Source of the DNA: an uncultured Chryseobacterium sp.
Lineage (GTDB): Bacteria; Bacteroidota; Bacteroidia; Palsa-965
Direction of reading: 5' to 3'
DNA length: 60,654 nucleotides
Assembly: GCA_964447465.1 (NCBI GenBank)
Contig: CAYUTR010000001.1
Coordinates: 1-60,654 of the forward strand
Part shown: positions 47,332-55,594 of the stretch, piece after piece
Layout: the number at the start of each line of letters is the position of its first letter
Position numbering within the stretch: position 1 is the stretch's first letter
Notes under the pieces: model-generated
The model's input: the letters and a program-made list of their open reading frames with translations, nothing else
The model's database searches: none
What the model was told of the DNA's origin: nothing
Translations under genes and position numbers: made by a program

Positions 47332-47742
47332 TTATTCAGTTGGTTGCACGGCGAGCGTGCTATACACGTAGAGAAACATTTTGTGCGGGAGAAATTCTAC
47401 CACATCGGCGTTTCCTGAATCGGTGTAGATCATCTCTACTTTACGATTTCCCGGTTCAATTCGCCCTAATCTGTAGTAGCGTTGATTGGGCGGAACGTTA
47501 AGACCGCTCATCAGGTACTTGCTTTCGTAGTTCTCTGGGAAGAATTCTTCGTCGTTAATTTTGATAGCCTGGCTTCCCCGGTAGTATGCGATGTCGTCAC
47601 GATTGGAGCTGACGGCCACACCAATTATTTTGTCGGCGTTTTTGTCCACTTCAAATGATCCTTTATGGACTTCTCCTTCGACAGTTATGTCAAGTGAGAA
47701 AACTTCTTTGATTATTTTATTCTGCTTAGCCATTTTATTCAA
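47332..47742 (-). CDS. small beta-rich hypothetical protein
   Basis: 136 aa. See the paralogue note on 46885..47328. Lies downstream of a strong hairpin. Confidence 0.45.
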   Translation of the reverse strand: MNKMAKQNKIIKEVFSLDITVEGEVHKGSFEVDKNADKIIGVAVSSNRDDIAYYRGSQAIKINDEEFFPENYESKYLMSGLNVPPNQRYYRLGRIEPGNRKVEMIYTDSGNADVVEFLPHKMFLYVYSTLAVQPTE

Positions 47743-47763
47743 GCCTTAGAAAGTTTAAGGAAG

Positions 47764-47796
47764 GGCCGTCCCGTCATTGCGGGACGGCCTTTTTTT
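47764..47796. terminator. strong GC hairpin between 47808..48557 and 47332..47742
   Basis: GGCCGTCCCG-TCATTG-CGGGACGGCC (10-bp perfect stem). The T-tract (TTTTTTT) is on the plus-strand side, so it is a canonical terminator only for antisense (plus) transcription. On the minus strand it could act as an attenuator or stabiliser. Confidence 0.5.
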
Positions 47797-47807
47797 CCTT
47801 CTGCCAG

Positions 47808-48557
47808 TTACGGCGTGGTGATAGTACCGTTCAGCTCAACCATAATGTGAGCGTTAGCGGCTACCCCATCCATCGAACCGAGTTCCACCACAAACTCGAT
47901 AAGTTCCTCATCGCGGATCATGCGTGGGTTATGCAGTTTCCAATAACCCAGGCTAACCGTTTGGTTATTGTCGGTTGCGAAAACCCGGTTGCTTTTACCT
48001 TCAGGAATAATCTGACGCTTGTTGGCTTTCAGATAAAATTCCCCGTTGGCAATTGCAGGAACCGCTTTGATGCTGCCGAAGTCGATGACTTTGATCTTGT
48101 CATCGGTAAGGTCTGCCGCAGTTCCTACAAGCATTGTGATTGAACTCACCAGGAGAACCATTCCTTTCGGAAGTTTTCCCTGTGCAATCGAAGTCCCTCC
48201 GGTTACTTTTGCATCACTGGTCTCAAAAATTTTAACCGTTTTGCTCGTAACACGCTTCACACCACGAATGTTGTAATCCGCAAGGCGAAGTTTTCCGGCG
48301 ATAACTTCTTCCCGGATTCCATCAGGAAGCTCTTTGAAGTGCTTCTCGAATTCCGCACGGGAACCAATTGAAGGCGGCAAACTTTTCGCTACGCGGGCCA
48401 CCGCTTGCGCCTTCTGGATCGGATTCAGGCCCGACAGGTAAGACAGGAATCCTCCGCCAAGTCCGGCGTCGATACCAAGCAGCTCACCTGCATTGTTGTA
48501 CTCGGCGAGTACATTCTCCCAATTCTCGTTCATTGTTGAAACGATTAGGAGTTGCAT
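47808..48557 (-). CDS. hypothetical protein, beta-rich C-terminal half (candidate structural protein)
   Basis: 249 aa, with an alternative ATG at 48533 (MNENWENV). No family recognised. Position before the strong hairpin suggests high expression. Confidence 0.45.
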   Translation of the reverse strand: MQLLIVSTMNENWENVLAEYNNAGELLGIDAGLGGGFLSYLSGLNPIQKAQAVARVAKSLPPSIGSRAEFEKHFKELPDGIREEVIAGKLRLADYNIRGVKRVTSKTVKIFETSDAKVTGGTSIAQGKLPKGMVLLVSSITMLVGTAADLTDDKIKVIDFGSIKAVPAIANGEFYLKANKRQIIPEGKSNRVFATDNNQTVSLGYWKLHNPRMIRDEELIEFVVELGSMDGVAANAHIMVELNGTITTP

Positions 48558-48618
48558 CCGGACCTCGCTTTTTGGGTGCGGGCCTTATTGGATGCTCAAC
48601 TGTTTTTTCTGTCAGTTA

Positions 48619-49236
48619 TCAGATGATGTGAGGCAGTTCATCAAGTTCTACCCCGACACCGTTCACCGGCGCGTAAGCTCCACCGTCGGCAGCAGTCCTG
48701 TTCTTGGCTTCGTATTCGATACCATCGGAAAGGATTTGCTGATCGAAGGAAGTAAGCCTGTCGAGCGTTGCTTTTTCTACTCCCGGATCAAGTCCGTTCA
48801 CAGTAGGTGTGTCGGTTTCTTCTGCGGGTGCATCAGCAGGTTTGTTCTTACCCATGAATTTGTTGATGAAGAACTTTTCTTTAAGCATTTCGATATAGTC
48901 CTTCGACCGTGCTTTTCCTGCTTCGTACTCTGCTTTGAGACTGAAACCGGAATCCGCTGCTACCCGTAGTGAAGATTGTGTATCACATGGAGCGGCAATA
49001 CATCCGATTCCCAACGCTGAAAGCCACCGTTGACCTGTTGCGTGTCCAACAACGCTGAGTGTCAAACCAACAGGTATAGACCATTTTCCCAGAAATGAAC
49101 CCCCATAGCCACCGCCTACACCAGCACCTACATCAACCAGGGTGTTGGTGGCCACTTCAGTCCAGTCCTTTGTTTTCGGTTTTATCACCGCTGCTTTCCA
49201 CGGCTCTTTGGTCAGCAGTTTCTTGGCACTTTGCAT
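48619..49236 (-). CDS. glycine-zipper membrane-associated hypothetical protein
   Basis: VDVGAGVGGGYGGSFLGKWSIPVGLTLSVVGHATG hydrophobic/glycine-rich segment. Confidence 0.45.
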   Translation of the reverse strand: MQSAKKLLTKEPWKAAVIKPKTKDWTEVATNTLVDVGAGVGGGYGGSFLGKWSIPVGLTLSVVGHATGQRWLSALGIGCIAAPCDTQSSLRVAADSGFSLKAEYEAGKARSKDYIEMLKEKFFINKFMGKNKPADAPAEETDTPTVNGLDPGVEKATLDRLTSFDQQILSDGIEYEAKNRTAADGGAYAPVNGVGVELDELPHII

Positions 49237-49271
49237 TTTCGTTTCTTTTATGTTTTTCTTGGGGTTGGAGC

Positions 49272-51065
49272 TTATTTCAGGCGGCTCAACCTTAAATCCC
49301 GCAGGATTTTGTCACCTTTATTTCCTTTGCTTTTCTTGCTCTGGTCATTGATTTGTCCACGAGCAGCCTTAGGAATACCATTTGTGGTTTCCGCCCTGCT
49401 ACCACCGTTGCCTTTGCCTTTCTTCTTAGCGAAAAACTTTTTGTAAACGATCACACCTCCGACAACTGCGGCAACTGTAACAGTTCCGATAATCAATGGT
49501 TTTTTGTTTTTGACCATCCAATCCTTCGCCTTATCAAAAAACGAGGCTTCTGAATCTGGAGCAGGGTCGCCTCCCGATTGATCTCCATCTGAACTATCAG
49601 CGGAAGGTTCATCTTCATTCCGTTCAGTGCTGTAATCACCCTGATCTTCTCCGCTCGGTGCGGTTTCATCCGGTGCGGAATCTCCAGCTTGTTGGTCGAG
49701 TGCATCCATTCCAGCGTCGGAGCCTGGTTCACCTTTGCCAAACAGATCTCCGATGTTTTTCAAGATGCCAGCAATCGTTGCCAGAAGACCGCTTGCTACA
49801 GCTGTAACAGCGGCAGTTTCTACAATACCCAAGCCGTGCAACTCAGCGGACTTTTCTTCGGGAATTTCATCGGAGTACATCTGTGATCCGATGATCTGTT
49901 CCACCGTATTGTTTCCCGTCATTCCCAAGCCAGAGAGAGCATACCCGGAGAGGGTAACTTTATTATCCTGGTTGCCTTTTCCTGTAAGAATTGCTTCCTT
50001 CAGGTTTTCAGGTTTGCCCCCGGCGTTGAAAAATATTTTCTCCAGTTTAGCGCGTAACTTTTTGTAACGCTCAAAACGTTTTGGGTTTACTCCACGTTTC
50101 TGTGCTTCTGCATCGGTTAAATAACCATAGCGAAGCTGACCAGCCACACCAAAAAGATTTAGTTTCATCCCTGCCAGCAGACCAAGCCGCAATGCAGTCG
50201 TAGCCGGATTGATTCGGTTAATGACGTGAACACCTTTGCTGATTACCGTCCCGACCTTCCTCACCGTTTCTTTCACGTTCTCTTTGATGTTCTGTGTCGC
50301 GGTCTTGACGTTCTCCTTCACGGTTTGCACTTTTTCCTTCACGTTCTGGATTTTCTCCTTCACGTTCTGGAACAAGTTCAGTTTACCTACCGATTCATCT
50401 GTTGCCGATGGAAGCTGACAGGAAAGCATATCCTGCGCGTCGATGCTCATGCCGCCATTGCGAGCGAATTCATCAGGATCAATGCCATCTAAAAACTCCA
50501 AATCCATGTCTATGTTTTTTATTTTTACATACGGGTGCTCGCGGTTGAAGTAGGGTAGTACAGCGTCAATAGTGATCTCCTTCCCACCGGAAGGAACAAC
50601 TACGTACACATGCCCATAACTTCCGGACACTTCGTCGTATGATGCAATTCTGAATTGGTGCGGAATCCTCAATACAGAGAGAACACAGCTTGTGAAAAAA
50701 CTAAAGCAATCACAGTCTCCGATCCGATCACTCCAAAGTCTGCGTACACTTCTTACCTGTTCCTTGCCCGTCTGATCGGGATTATATGCAATGTGATCGG
50801 TAAGGAATTTCCAGATGTTATAGCACGTATCTCCAACCTTGTTATCAATGTTGCGCATTGCCGCCGCAATCCTCTGCGCCTGGAACTTGTAATCGCGCAC
50901 CTTGGACGGGAGCATCTTCATTGTGTCAGCGAGCGTTGCGCCTTTCTTTATGGATTCATTTATTCCGGATGCCGGATCGAATAAACAATTGTAGGCAGCA
51001 CCATCTTCCTTGATGCCCCTTTGTTCACCTGTCCCGTCTTTTTTTATACCACTCAGGAATTCCAT
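49272..51065 (-). CDS. transglutaminase-like cysteine protease domain protein with heptad-repeat region and C-terminal TM/basic tail
   Basis: ORF 49272..51101 trimmed to ATG 51065 (MEFLSGIKK), which removes the overlap with the upstream gene. RIGDCDCFSFFTSCVL...GHVYVVV...IDAV is a Cys-His-Asp transglutaminase core. NVKEKIQNVKEKVQTVKENVK heptads. TM LIIGTVTVAAVVGGVIVY. Confidence 0.55.
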   Translation of the reverse strand: MEFLSGIKKDGTGEQRGIKEDGAAYNCLFDPASGINESIKKGATLADTMKMLPSKVRDYKFQAQRIAAAMRNIDNKVGDTCYNIWKFLTDHIAYNPDQTGKEQVRSVRRLWSDRIGDCDCFSFFTSCVLSVLRIPHQFRIASYDEVSGSYGHVYVVVPSGGKEITIDAVLPYFNREHPYVKIKNIDMDLEFLDGIDPDEFARNGGMSIDAQDMLSCQLPSATDESVGKLNLFQNVKEKIQNVKEKVQTVKENVKTATQNIKENVKETVRKVGTVISKGVHVINRINPATTALRLGLLAGMKLNLFGVAGQLRYGYLTDAEAQKRGVNPKRFERYKKLRAKLEKIFFNAGGKPENLKEAILTGKGNQDNKVTLSGYALSGLGMTGNNTVEQIIGSQMYSDEIPEEKSAELHGLGIVETAAVTAVASGLLATIAGILKNIGDLFGKGEPGSDAGMDALDQQAGDSAPDETAPSGEDQGDYSTERNEDEPSADSSDGDQSGGDPAPDSEASFFDKAKDWMVKNKKPLIIGTVTVAAVVGGVIVYKKFFAKKKGKGNGGSRAETTNGIPKAARGQINDQSKKSKGNKGDKILRDLRLSRLK

Positions 51066-51069
51066 GACT

Positions 51070-51531
51070 TCACAGATTGATTGTTTGTTCGTAAGGCACA
51101 CTTACAATTTGTCCTGCTACTTCAACCGGTACAGTTGCCCGCACCAGAATTGGAGCGGAGCCTTGTTGCGTTTGCAGAATATGAAAGAGGTCAACTGCCA
51201 GAGTAGGCAGGGAAAAAATGCTGACTTCAACCATGATCTCTTTCAAATTCATTTGCTGAAATGGGTCAAGCGTGTAATCGAAATTTTCCACGTTGGATGT
51301 TCCGATAATCTGCTTTTTATATTCCAGCGTTACCAATGGGTGCTTGAACTTGTAGGCATTCTTAGTGGGATTTTTAACCGTTGCCACCACCGCGATGGTA
51401 AGTTTGCTGAAACTGAGTTTATGAACCCGTCCGCGGGTAGAAACAATGAGTTTGTCGCTACCCTTCGCCCAACCAACTGCTTTGCCAATCAACAAAGCCG
51501 CCGCACCGATGCCGATAATTTCAAGTATCAT
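51070..51531 (-). CDS. membrane-anchored LEA_2/WHy-like beta-sandwich protein (tentative)
   Basis: N-terminal TM ILEIIGIGAAALLIGKAVGW followed by a ~120-aa beta-rich domain (TIAVVATVKNPTKNAYKFKHPLVTLEY) that resembles LEA14/NDR1-type folds. Confidence 0.35.
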   Translation of the reverse strand: MILEIIGIGAAALLIGKAVGWAKGSDKLIVSTRGRVHKLSFSKLTIAVVATVKNPTKNAYKFKHPLVTLEYKKQIIGTSNVENFDYTLDPFQQMNLKEIMVEVSIFSLPTLAVDLFHILQTQQGSAPILVRATVPVEVAGQIVSVPYEQTINL

Positions 51532-51800
51532 GGCTTTACGTTTTCTAATTTGTCGCAGCGTGAGGAGAGTCTCCTAACCTGTCGTTGTAAATAACCAACC
51601 CGATGGTCAATGGTATGATCAAAATTTTGGGAGAGGGAAACGTGCGTGTTGTGTTCTGAATAAAGTGTATTAACACGCTCTACCATCTGTTTGAAATCCT
51701 TATGCAAGTCCTTCAGGAAGTACCCGATAATCAAAAACATCACGCTCAAAAAGGAAAGCAGAACGCTGTTTACGATGAGAAGAATTTGAACCTTGTCCAT
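51528..51800 (-). CDS. small single-pass membrane protein
   Basis: ORF 51528..51869 trimmed to ATG 51800 (MDKVQILLIVNSVLLSFLSVMFLIIGYF). Confidence 0.4.
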   Translation of the reverse strand: MDKVQILLIVNSVLLSFLSVMFLIIGYFLKDLHKDFKQMVERVNTLYSEHNTHVSLSQNFDHTIDHRVGYLQRQVRRLSSRCDKLENVKP

Positions 51801-51940
51801 AATTGAGTATTTTATTTGTAGGCCTTGATGCAGATTGCTATTACTCTTATTACGCCCTATTAAATGCACCGTTATCGGTATAGTAGAGGACTGTTTTGAA
51901 ATGATGGATTATGTAGAGGAATGTTGAATTGCATAGCAAA

Positions 51941-52147
51941 TCACATTTTCTTATTTCCTCTCAGAATGTTCCAGATCCGTTTCAAGTCGTCTTTAGTATG
52001 CTCACAGTATTCTTCAATGAGCAGATTCTTTTTCCCCTCTACTATCGCCTGGCGAATAGACAGGTGGGTTCTGGCTGCAGAACTGTAATCCTGACCGGTG
52101 AGCTTCATCAGATCATGGATGGTCATATAGAAAGCATTGCCTTTCAT
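51941..52147 (-). CDS. small HTH DNA-binding protein (Bacteroidota mobile-element type)
   Basis: MTIHDLMKLTGQDYSSAARTHLSIRQAI...IEEYCEHT resembles the short HTH proteins found beside integrases of Bacteroidota elements (I.DIq.LtG.S.rtA.r....Ik......it..EFceY). Confidence 0.45.
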   Translation of the reverse strand: MKGNAFYMTIHDLMKLTGQDYSSAARTHLSIRQAIVEGKKNLLIEEYCEHTKDDLKRIWNILRGNKKM

Positions 52148-52158
52148 AGTCAGTTCGG

Positions 52159-52611
52159 TTAGAGTTGGTTGATGTCAGGAGGGCTAGGCAAGTGCCTCTT
52201 TCTTAGTTGAACCGGTTTAATGCGGCCACGGTCCCGATGTTCACCCATTTTCAGGATGTAACAAACACAATCAAGTATCCCGTTCAGCTCCAGTAGCACA
52301 AGGGCATTTCCCAGGATCAATTTGTGGTCACATAGTTGTATGGCTCTTAATAATTGCCCTTCTGTCCACGAATATTCTTCAGTAAGGCCTTCGAGAGACT
52401 TGACAGCGTTGAATTCCTCTAGGAAACCAGGGTACGCTTTCCTGATTGCCTTCTTGATTTTAACATGGCAGATGTATGGACTGATAATTTCTCTCCTATC
52501 GAAAGGTTCAGGGTTTATCTCAGGTGAATCATCCTCGCATCCATCTTCACTGATGAAATAATTTTCTCTGAAAATTTCCCATTTCTCGTTTTTGTTTTTT
52601 GAGGTTTCCAT
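52159..52611 (-). CDS. hypothetical protein
   Basis: 150-aa ORF, co-directional with its neighbours. No motif recognised. Confidence 0.4.
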   Translation of the reverse strand: METSKNKNEKWEIFRENYFISEDGCEDDSPEINPEPFDRREIISPYICHVKIKKAIRKAYPGFLEEFNAVKSLEGLTEEYSWTEGQLLRAIQLCDHKLILGNALVLLELNGILDCVCYILKMGEHRDRGRIKPVQLRKRHLPSPPDINQL

Positions 52612-52624
52612 TGCTCTAAATTGT

Positions 52625-52894
52625 TTAGTGAGTTTTTGTAATGTGTTTCATTAAAAACCTGTTGATGCTTTGCCGGGAATACTTGATAATTCTCCCGTGC
52701 TGACTGAACAAGATTTCTCCGGAATCGCGCAACTGTTGCAGCTTCGATTTGCTTTTGATTCCTAAGAGTTGTTTGGCGTCCTCTGGCGACAGCCATTCTT
52801 CCTGCTTGACTTCTGCTATGGCATCCATCAGCATTTTCCGAAACTCCAGCACTAGTTGCTGGTATGCTTCATCCTGGAACACGATCAGTTTCAT
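52625..52894 (-). CDS. excisionase-family HTH (HTH_17/MerR-like) protein
   Basis: WLSPEDAKQLLGIKSKSKLQQLRDSGEILFSQHGRIIKYSRQSINRFL is the typical helix-turn-helix plus wing of Xis-type proteins. First gene of the long minus-strand block. Confidence 0.55.
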   Translation of the reverse strand: MKLIVFQDEAYQQLVLEFRKMLMDAIAEVKQEEWLSPEDAKQLLGIKSKSKLQQLRDSGEILFSQHGRIIKYSRQSINRFLMKHITKTH

Positions 52895-52968
52895 TGTTTG
52901 ATTTGTTAAATCCTACAACAAAGCTGGCTTGGATAAAAAGTAAAAAGAAGGTACAACGGGGACGGAAA

Positions 52969-52982
52969 GGGGTATATACCCC
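52969..52982. promoter_or_regulatory. perfect 14-bp palindrome in the divergent promoter region
   Basis: GGGGTATATACCCC, between the Xis-like gene (start 52894) and the plus-strand 53176 gene. Confidence 0.4.
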
Positions 52983-53175
52983 CAGCCAAAATGCAGTGTT
53001 GCAATTCGTTACAGCGATGAGATTCTGAAATGTTTTCTTATTTCGAAAACCGCTTTAACATTTTTGTTTGAGTTCTTAACAAACTTTTTACACACATCTG
53101 CGTTATATAAACAAGTTCTTGGACTTCCTGACATCCGAAGTTTTTCAGACCCCCCTACGTGAAAAATAAGTGATT

Positions 53176-53979
53176 ATGATTCCCGAACAATTCAAGGGTA
53201 TCAGGTTCATCGAAATTGCAAGTAGGATTAAGGCAAAAAAGATAGAGAGTACAGAAAAGAAAGGTGTAAAGTATTGTACTGTATATAACAGCCACAATAC
53301 GGTGAGGGACTTCGTGCGAGAGATAAAAGCCCTTTTAATTGCCTTTAAGTATGAGCTTCTAATGTTGCCTTTGATCTACTCAATCGCTGGTAACCGACAG
53401 ACCTTTATACACCATCTCCACGAACACTTCTTCGTGGTCAACGAAAGATTGGAAATCTACCAGTCGTTTCTGAAAGCGGAATTTCCATACGTTTCGCATA
53501 TAACTGCTCTTAATGAGCAGGATATTTTTCCTCGCTTGTTTTCAAAGGAAACACATCCGAGTGTTAAGGACTATGAAAATCACAAAATCCATTATATCCA
53601 TTACTACCACAAGTACATTGTAAATTGTGCTATTGAAGAAATAGAATGCTACTCGCAGAACGAGGGATTTGTTTTTAATGGTCAGGCCTTAAATGGTAAG
53701 GAACGAAAGACGGAAAAATTGCAGCATCATTTCAAGACAGATCTTTCAGTAGACCAATTGGCGTACCTGTTCCAAATTTTCACCGATGTTTTTTGCAAGG
53801 GGGTAAATAAAACGGAACTGGCGAAATTTCTTTCAGCTACGTTCCAAACTACGAAGGCATCAAATCCGAGTTATATCCAAATTAAAAAAGCCTTTTACGA
53901 TGTTGATGATCATACTCAACAAGTCGTAAAAGGCTTGATACTGGAAATGCTGAAACGTGTACAGCAGTCTAAGCGGTGA
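53176..53979 (+). CDS. RteC-like regulatory protein (tentative)
   Basis: First ATG at 53176 (the track start 53170 is GTG). C-terminal LSVDQLAYLFQIFTDVFCKGVNKTELAKFLSATFQT...VVKGLILEMLKRV loosely matches the RteC C-terminal winged helix. Convergent 11-nt overlap with the integrase. Confidence 0.3.
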   Translation: MIPEQFKGIRFIEIASRIKAKKIESTEKKGVKYCTVYNSHNTVRDFVREIKALLIAFKYELLMLPLIYSIAGNRQTFIHHLHEHFFVVNERLEIYQSFLKAEFPYVSHITALNEQDIFPRLFSKETHPSVKDYENHKIHYIHYYHKYIVNCAIEEIECYSQNEGFVFNGQALNGKERKTEKLQHHFKTDLSVDQLAYLFQIFTDVFCKGVNKTELAKFLSATFQTTKASNPSYIQIKKAFYDVDDHTQQVVKGLILEMLKRVQQSKR

Positions 53980-55327
53980 TCCGCATATTTATTTCATCGG
54001 TTTCTTCTTTGTCAAAACTATCTAGGTAAATCTGCGTAGTCGTGATTTTTTCGTGTCCCAATCCTTCGCTGATTAACCCAAGCGATATTCCCATTTTCTT
54101 GGCAATATCAGCCCAAGCGTGTCGCGTCACATAGGACGTTAATTTCTGTGAAATCTTACAATCAGCCTGGATAATACTTAGGTAATCGTTATGAGTACCG
54201 CGGGTTTGTTCAGCGATCCGCGAAATTTCATTTCCATCGTCTTTGAGATCGTTAGGCAGGATAGGAAATACATAATCATCGGCACCTTTATCCTTCATGT
54301 AATGGCCTAAGATGGCAGCGGCTTCCGGAGTCAACTGGATATTGTAGTAACGTCCGTTTTTACTTCGCTTGTATTCAAGCCTTCCATTTGCGATCTGCTT
54401 GCACCGAAGTTTAGCAATGTCAATCCAGTTCATCCCTTTCAGATTGAACATGAAAAGAAAGTAGTTCTTATTGTGCCAAATGGGTGAAAACTCCTCATAC
54501 TGCATCGCCCGAATCGTTTGAATGGCTTCTTTGCGTAATCCTCGTTTAGCCGTTTTCTCCGATGGGATCGAAATGAAATCAAAAGGTGTCCTGAAATCTT
54601 TAGGTAACAGCTTTTCGTCACGTTCCTTCATTGCCTTGCCAATGATTGCGCTAATAGCCCGTAAACGCGCGCCAATGCCATTTTGTTTGTGCTTTAAGAC
54701 ATCTTTCAGATGCAGCATAAATTCGTCCAGTAGAGCAGGGGTTATCTCCGTTATCAGGACGTCTGTGGTCAGATCAAGGTTGTAATTTTCACCCTCACCC
54801 CATTTCCGTTTGGGAATATCACTTTCCGAGCCGCGGAGATAATACAGGAACTGAGTTATCCCGTCCTTATACCACATCGCTGTTTTACGTTTTTGGTGCT
54901 GCCGTTTCAGGTTGATCCATTTTTGAGCGTACTCTCCAAGCATTGCCCCACCGCGTATTTTTTTCTGTTTAGTTGGTTCAATATTCAGTTGCTCTGCTAA
55001 TTGATTTTGTTGCTCGATTAACTCACGGTTAATTTCTGCTTCAAACAGGTCTTTGACCTCAGCGGGTGAAAGAGTCTCCAAGATAGGGTCAGCTTTCAAA
55101 AGGTAGGCTTGGGCCGTTAACCATTTGCGCTGAACTTCGTTGTTATGCCTTTTAAAGTTTGGGTAACCTGTGATCTGCTCCTTTTCTTCATCCCATTGCT
55201 TAGTTGTTAGGCGCAGTCCTAAACCGATATAAACCTGTTGACGTTTGTGGGTTATGCGTATTGTTAGCGGACATTGAGGGTACTTACTAATTCTCCGTTT
55301 GTCGAGGCCGAGAAATAAGGTTGCCAT
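53969..55327 (-). CDS. tyrosine site-specific recombinase / integrase
   Basis: N-terminal Bacteroidota arm-binding type (LTIRITHKRQQVYIGLGLRLTTKQWDEE), SAM-like core, catalytic C-terminus with LTSYVTRHAWADIA, GLGHEKITTTQIYL (R..H..R..Y context). 190 nt from attR. Confidence 0.9.
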   Translation of the reverse strand: MATLFLGLDKRRISKYPQCPLTIRITHKRQQVYIGLGLRLTTKQWDEEKEQITGYPNFKRHNNEVQRKWLTAQAYLLKADPILETLSPAEVKDLFEAEINRELIEQQNQLAEQLNIEPTKQKKIRGGAMLGEYAQKWINLKRQHQKRKTAMWYKDGITQFLYYLRGSESDIPKRKWGEGENYNLDLTTDVLITEITPALLDEFMLHLKDVLKHKQNGIGARLRAISAIIGKAMKERDEKLLPKDFRTPFDFISIPSEKTAKRGLRKEAIQTIRAMQYEEFSPIWHNKNYFLFMFNLKGMNWIDIAKLRCKQIANGRLEYKRSKNGRYYNIQLTPEAAAILGHYMKDKGADDYVFPILPNDLKDDGNEISRIAEQTRGTHNDYLSIIQADCKISQKLTSYVTRHAWADIAKKMGISLGLISEGLGHEKITTTQIYLDSFDKEETDEINMRITA

Positions 55328-55388
55328 AATTCTGATTTTATACTGTTAACTGATAATTTTACGTCCTGTTAGATGCGGGGTTCGTGTA

Positions 55389-55404
55389 CATACTTTGTAC
55401 ATAC
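55389..55404 (+). repeat. arm-type repeat near attR (CATACTTTGTACATAC)
   Basis: Identical to 15293..15308. Here it is preceded by TGTA, giving TGTACATAC-TT-TGTACATAC. Confidence 0.6.
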
Positions 55405-55518
55405 ATTGTAAAGGCTCAAACAATCTCTGAAAAGCCTTAACCGCCCGAAACCCTGATTTTATTCAGAAATTCGCACTTTAGAAGATTTTAGGAAGTATCA
55501 AAAGACTTGAAATTCTGT

Positions 55519-55560
55519 CTTACAAGCAGAGGGTCACAGGTTCGACTCCTGTAGCTCCCA
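55519..55560 (+). pseudogene. 3' half of host tRNA-Val(UAC) (attR)
   Basis: CTTACAA-GCAGA-GGGTC-ACAGG-TTCGACT-CCTGT-AGCTCCC-A. GCAGA pairs with TCTGC at 15216-15220 and AGCTCCC with GGGAGCT at 15188-15194. Confidence 0.85.
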
Positions 55561-55570
55561 CAAATCAAAA

Positions 55571-55594
55571 AGCCATCCTTCGGGGTGGCTTTTC
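55571..55594 (+). terminator. original terminator of the host tRNA-Val
   Basis: AGCCATCC-TTCG-GGGTGGCT hairpin followed by TTTT. Confidence 0.65.

Larger units (their letters stand above)
15221..55525. mobile_element. ~40.3-kb integrated element in tRNA-Val, bounded by duplicated CTTACAA anticodon-loop cores
   Basis: Split tRNA halves at the two ends. Integrase at 53969..55327 next to attR. The 16-nt repeat CATACTTTGTACATAC lies inside both ends. Xis-like HTH genes are present. Cargo is unrelated to the flanking housekeeping genes. Confidence 0.8.

Noticed and set aside
34647-55327. Conventional tailed prophage
   Set aside because: No terminase, portal, HK97-type capsid, tail, tape-measure or baseplate sequences were recognisable. 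Only the lysis-like genes and the integrase are phage-like.
15221-55525. Conjugative transposon (ICE) of the CTnDOT type
   Set aside because: No relaxase, coupling protein, TraG/J/K/M/N-like or primase genes were recognised. A mobilisable or novel transfer mode cannot be excluded.
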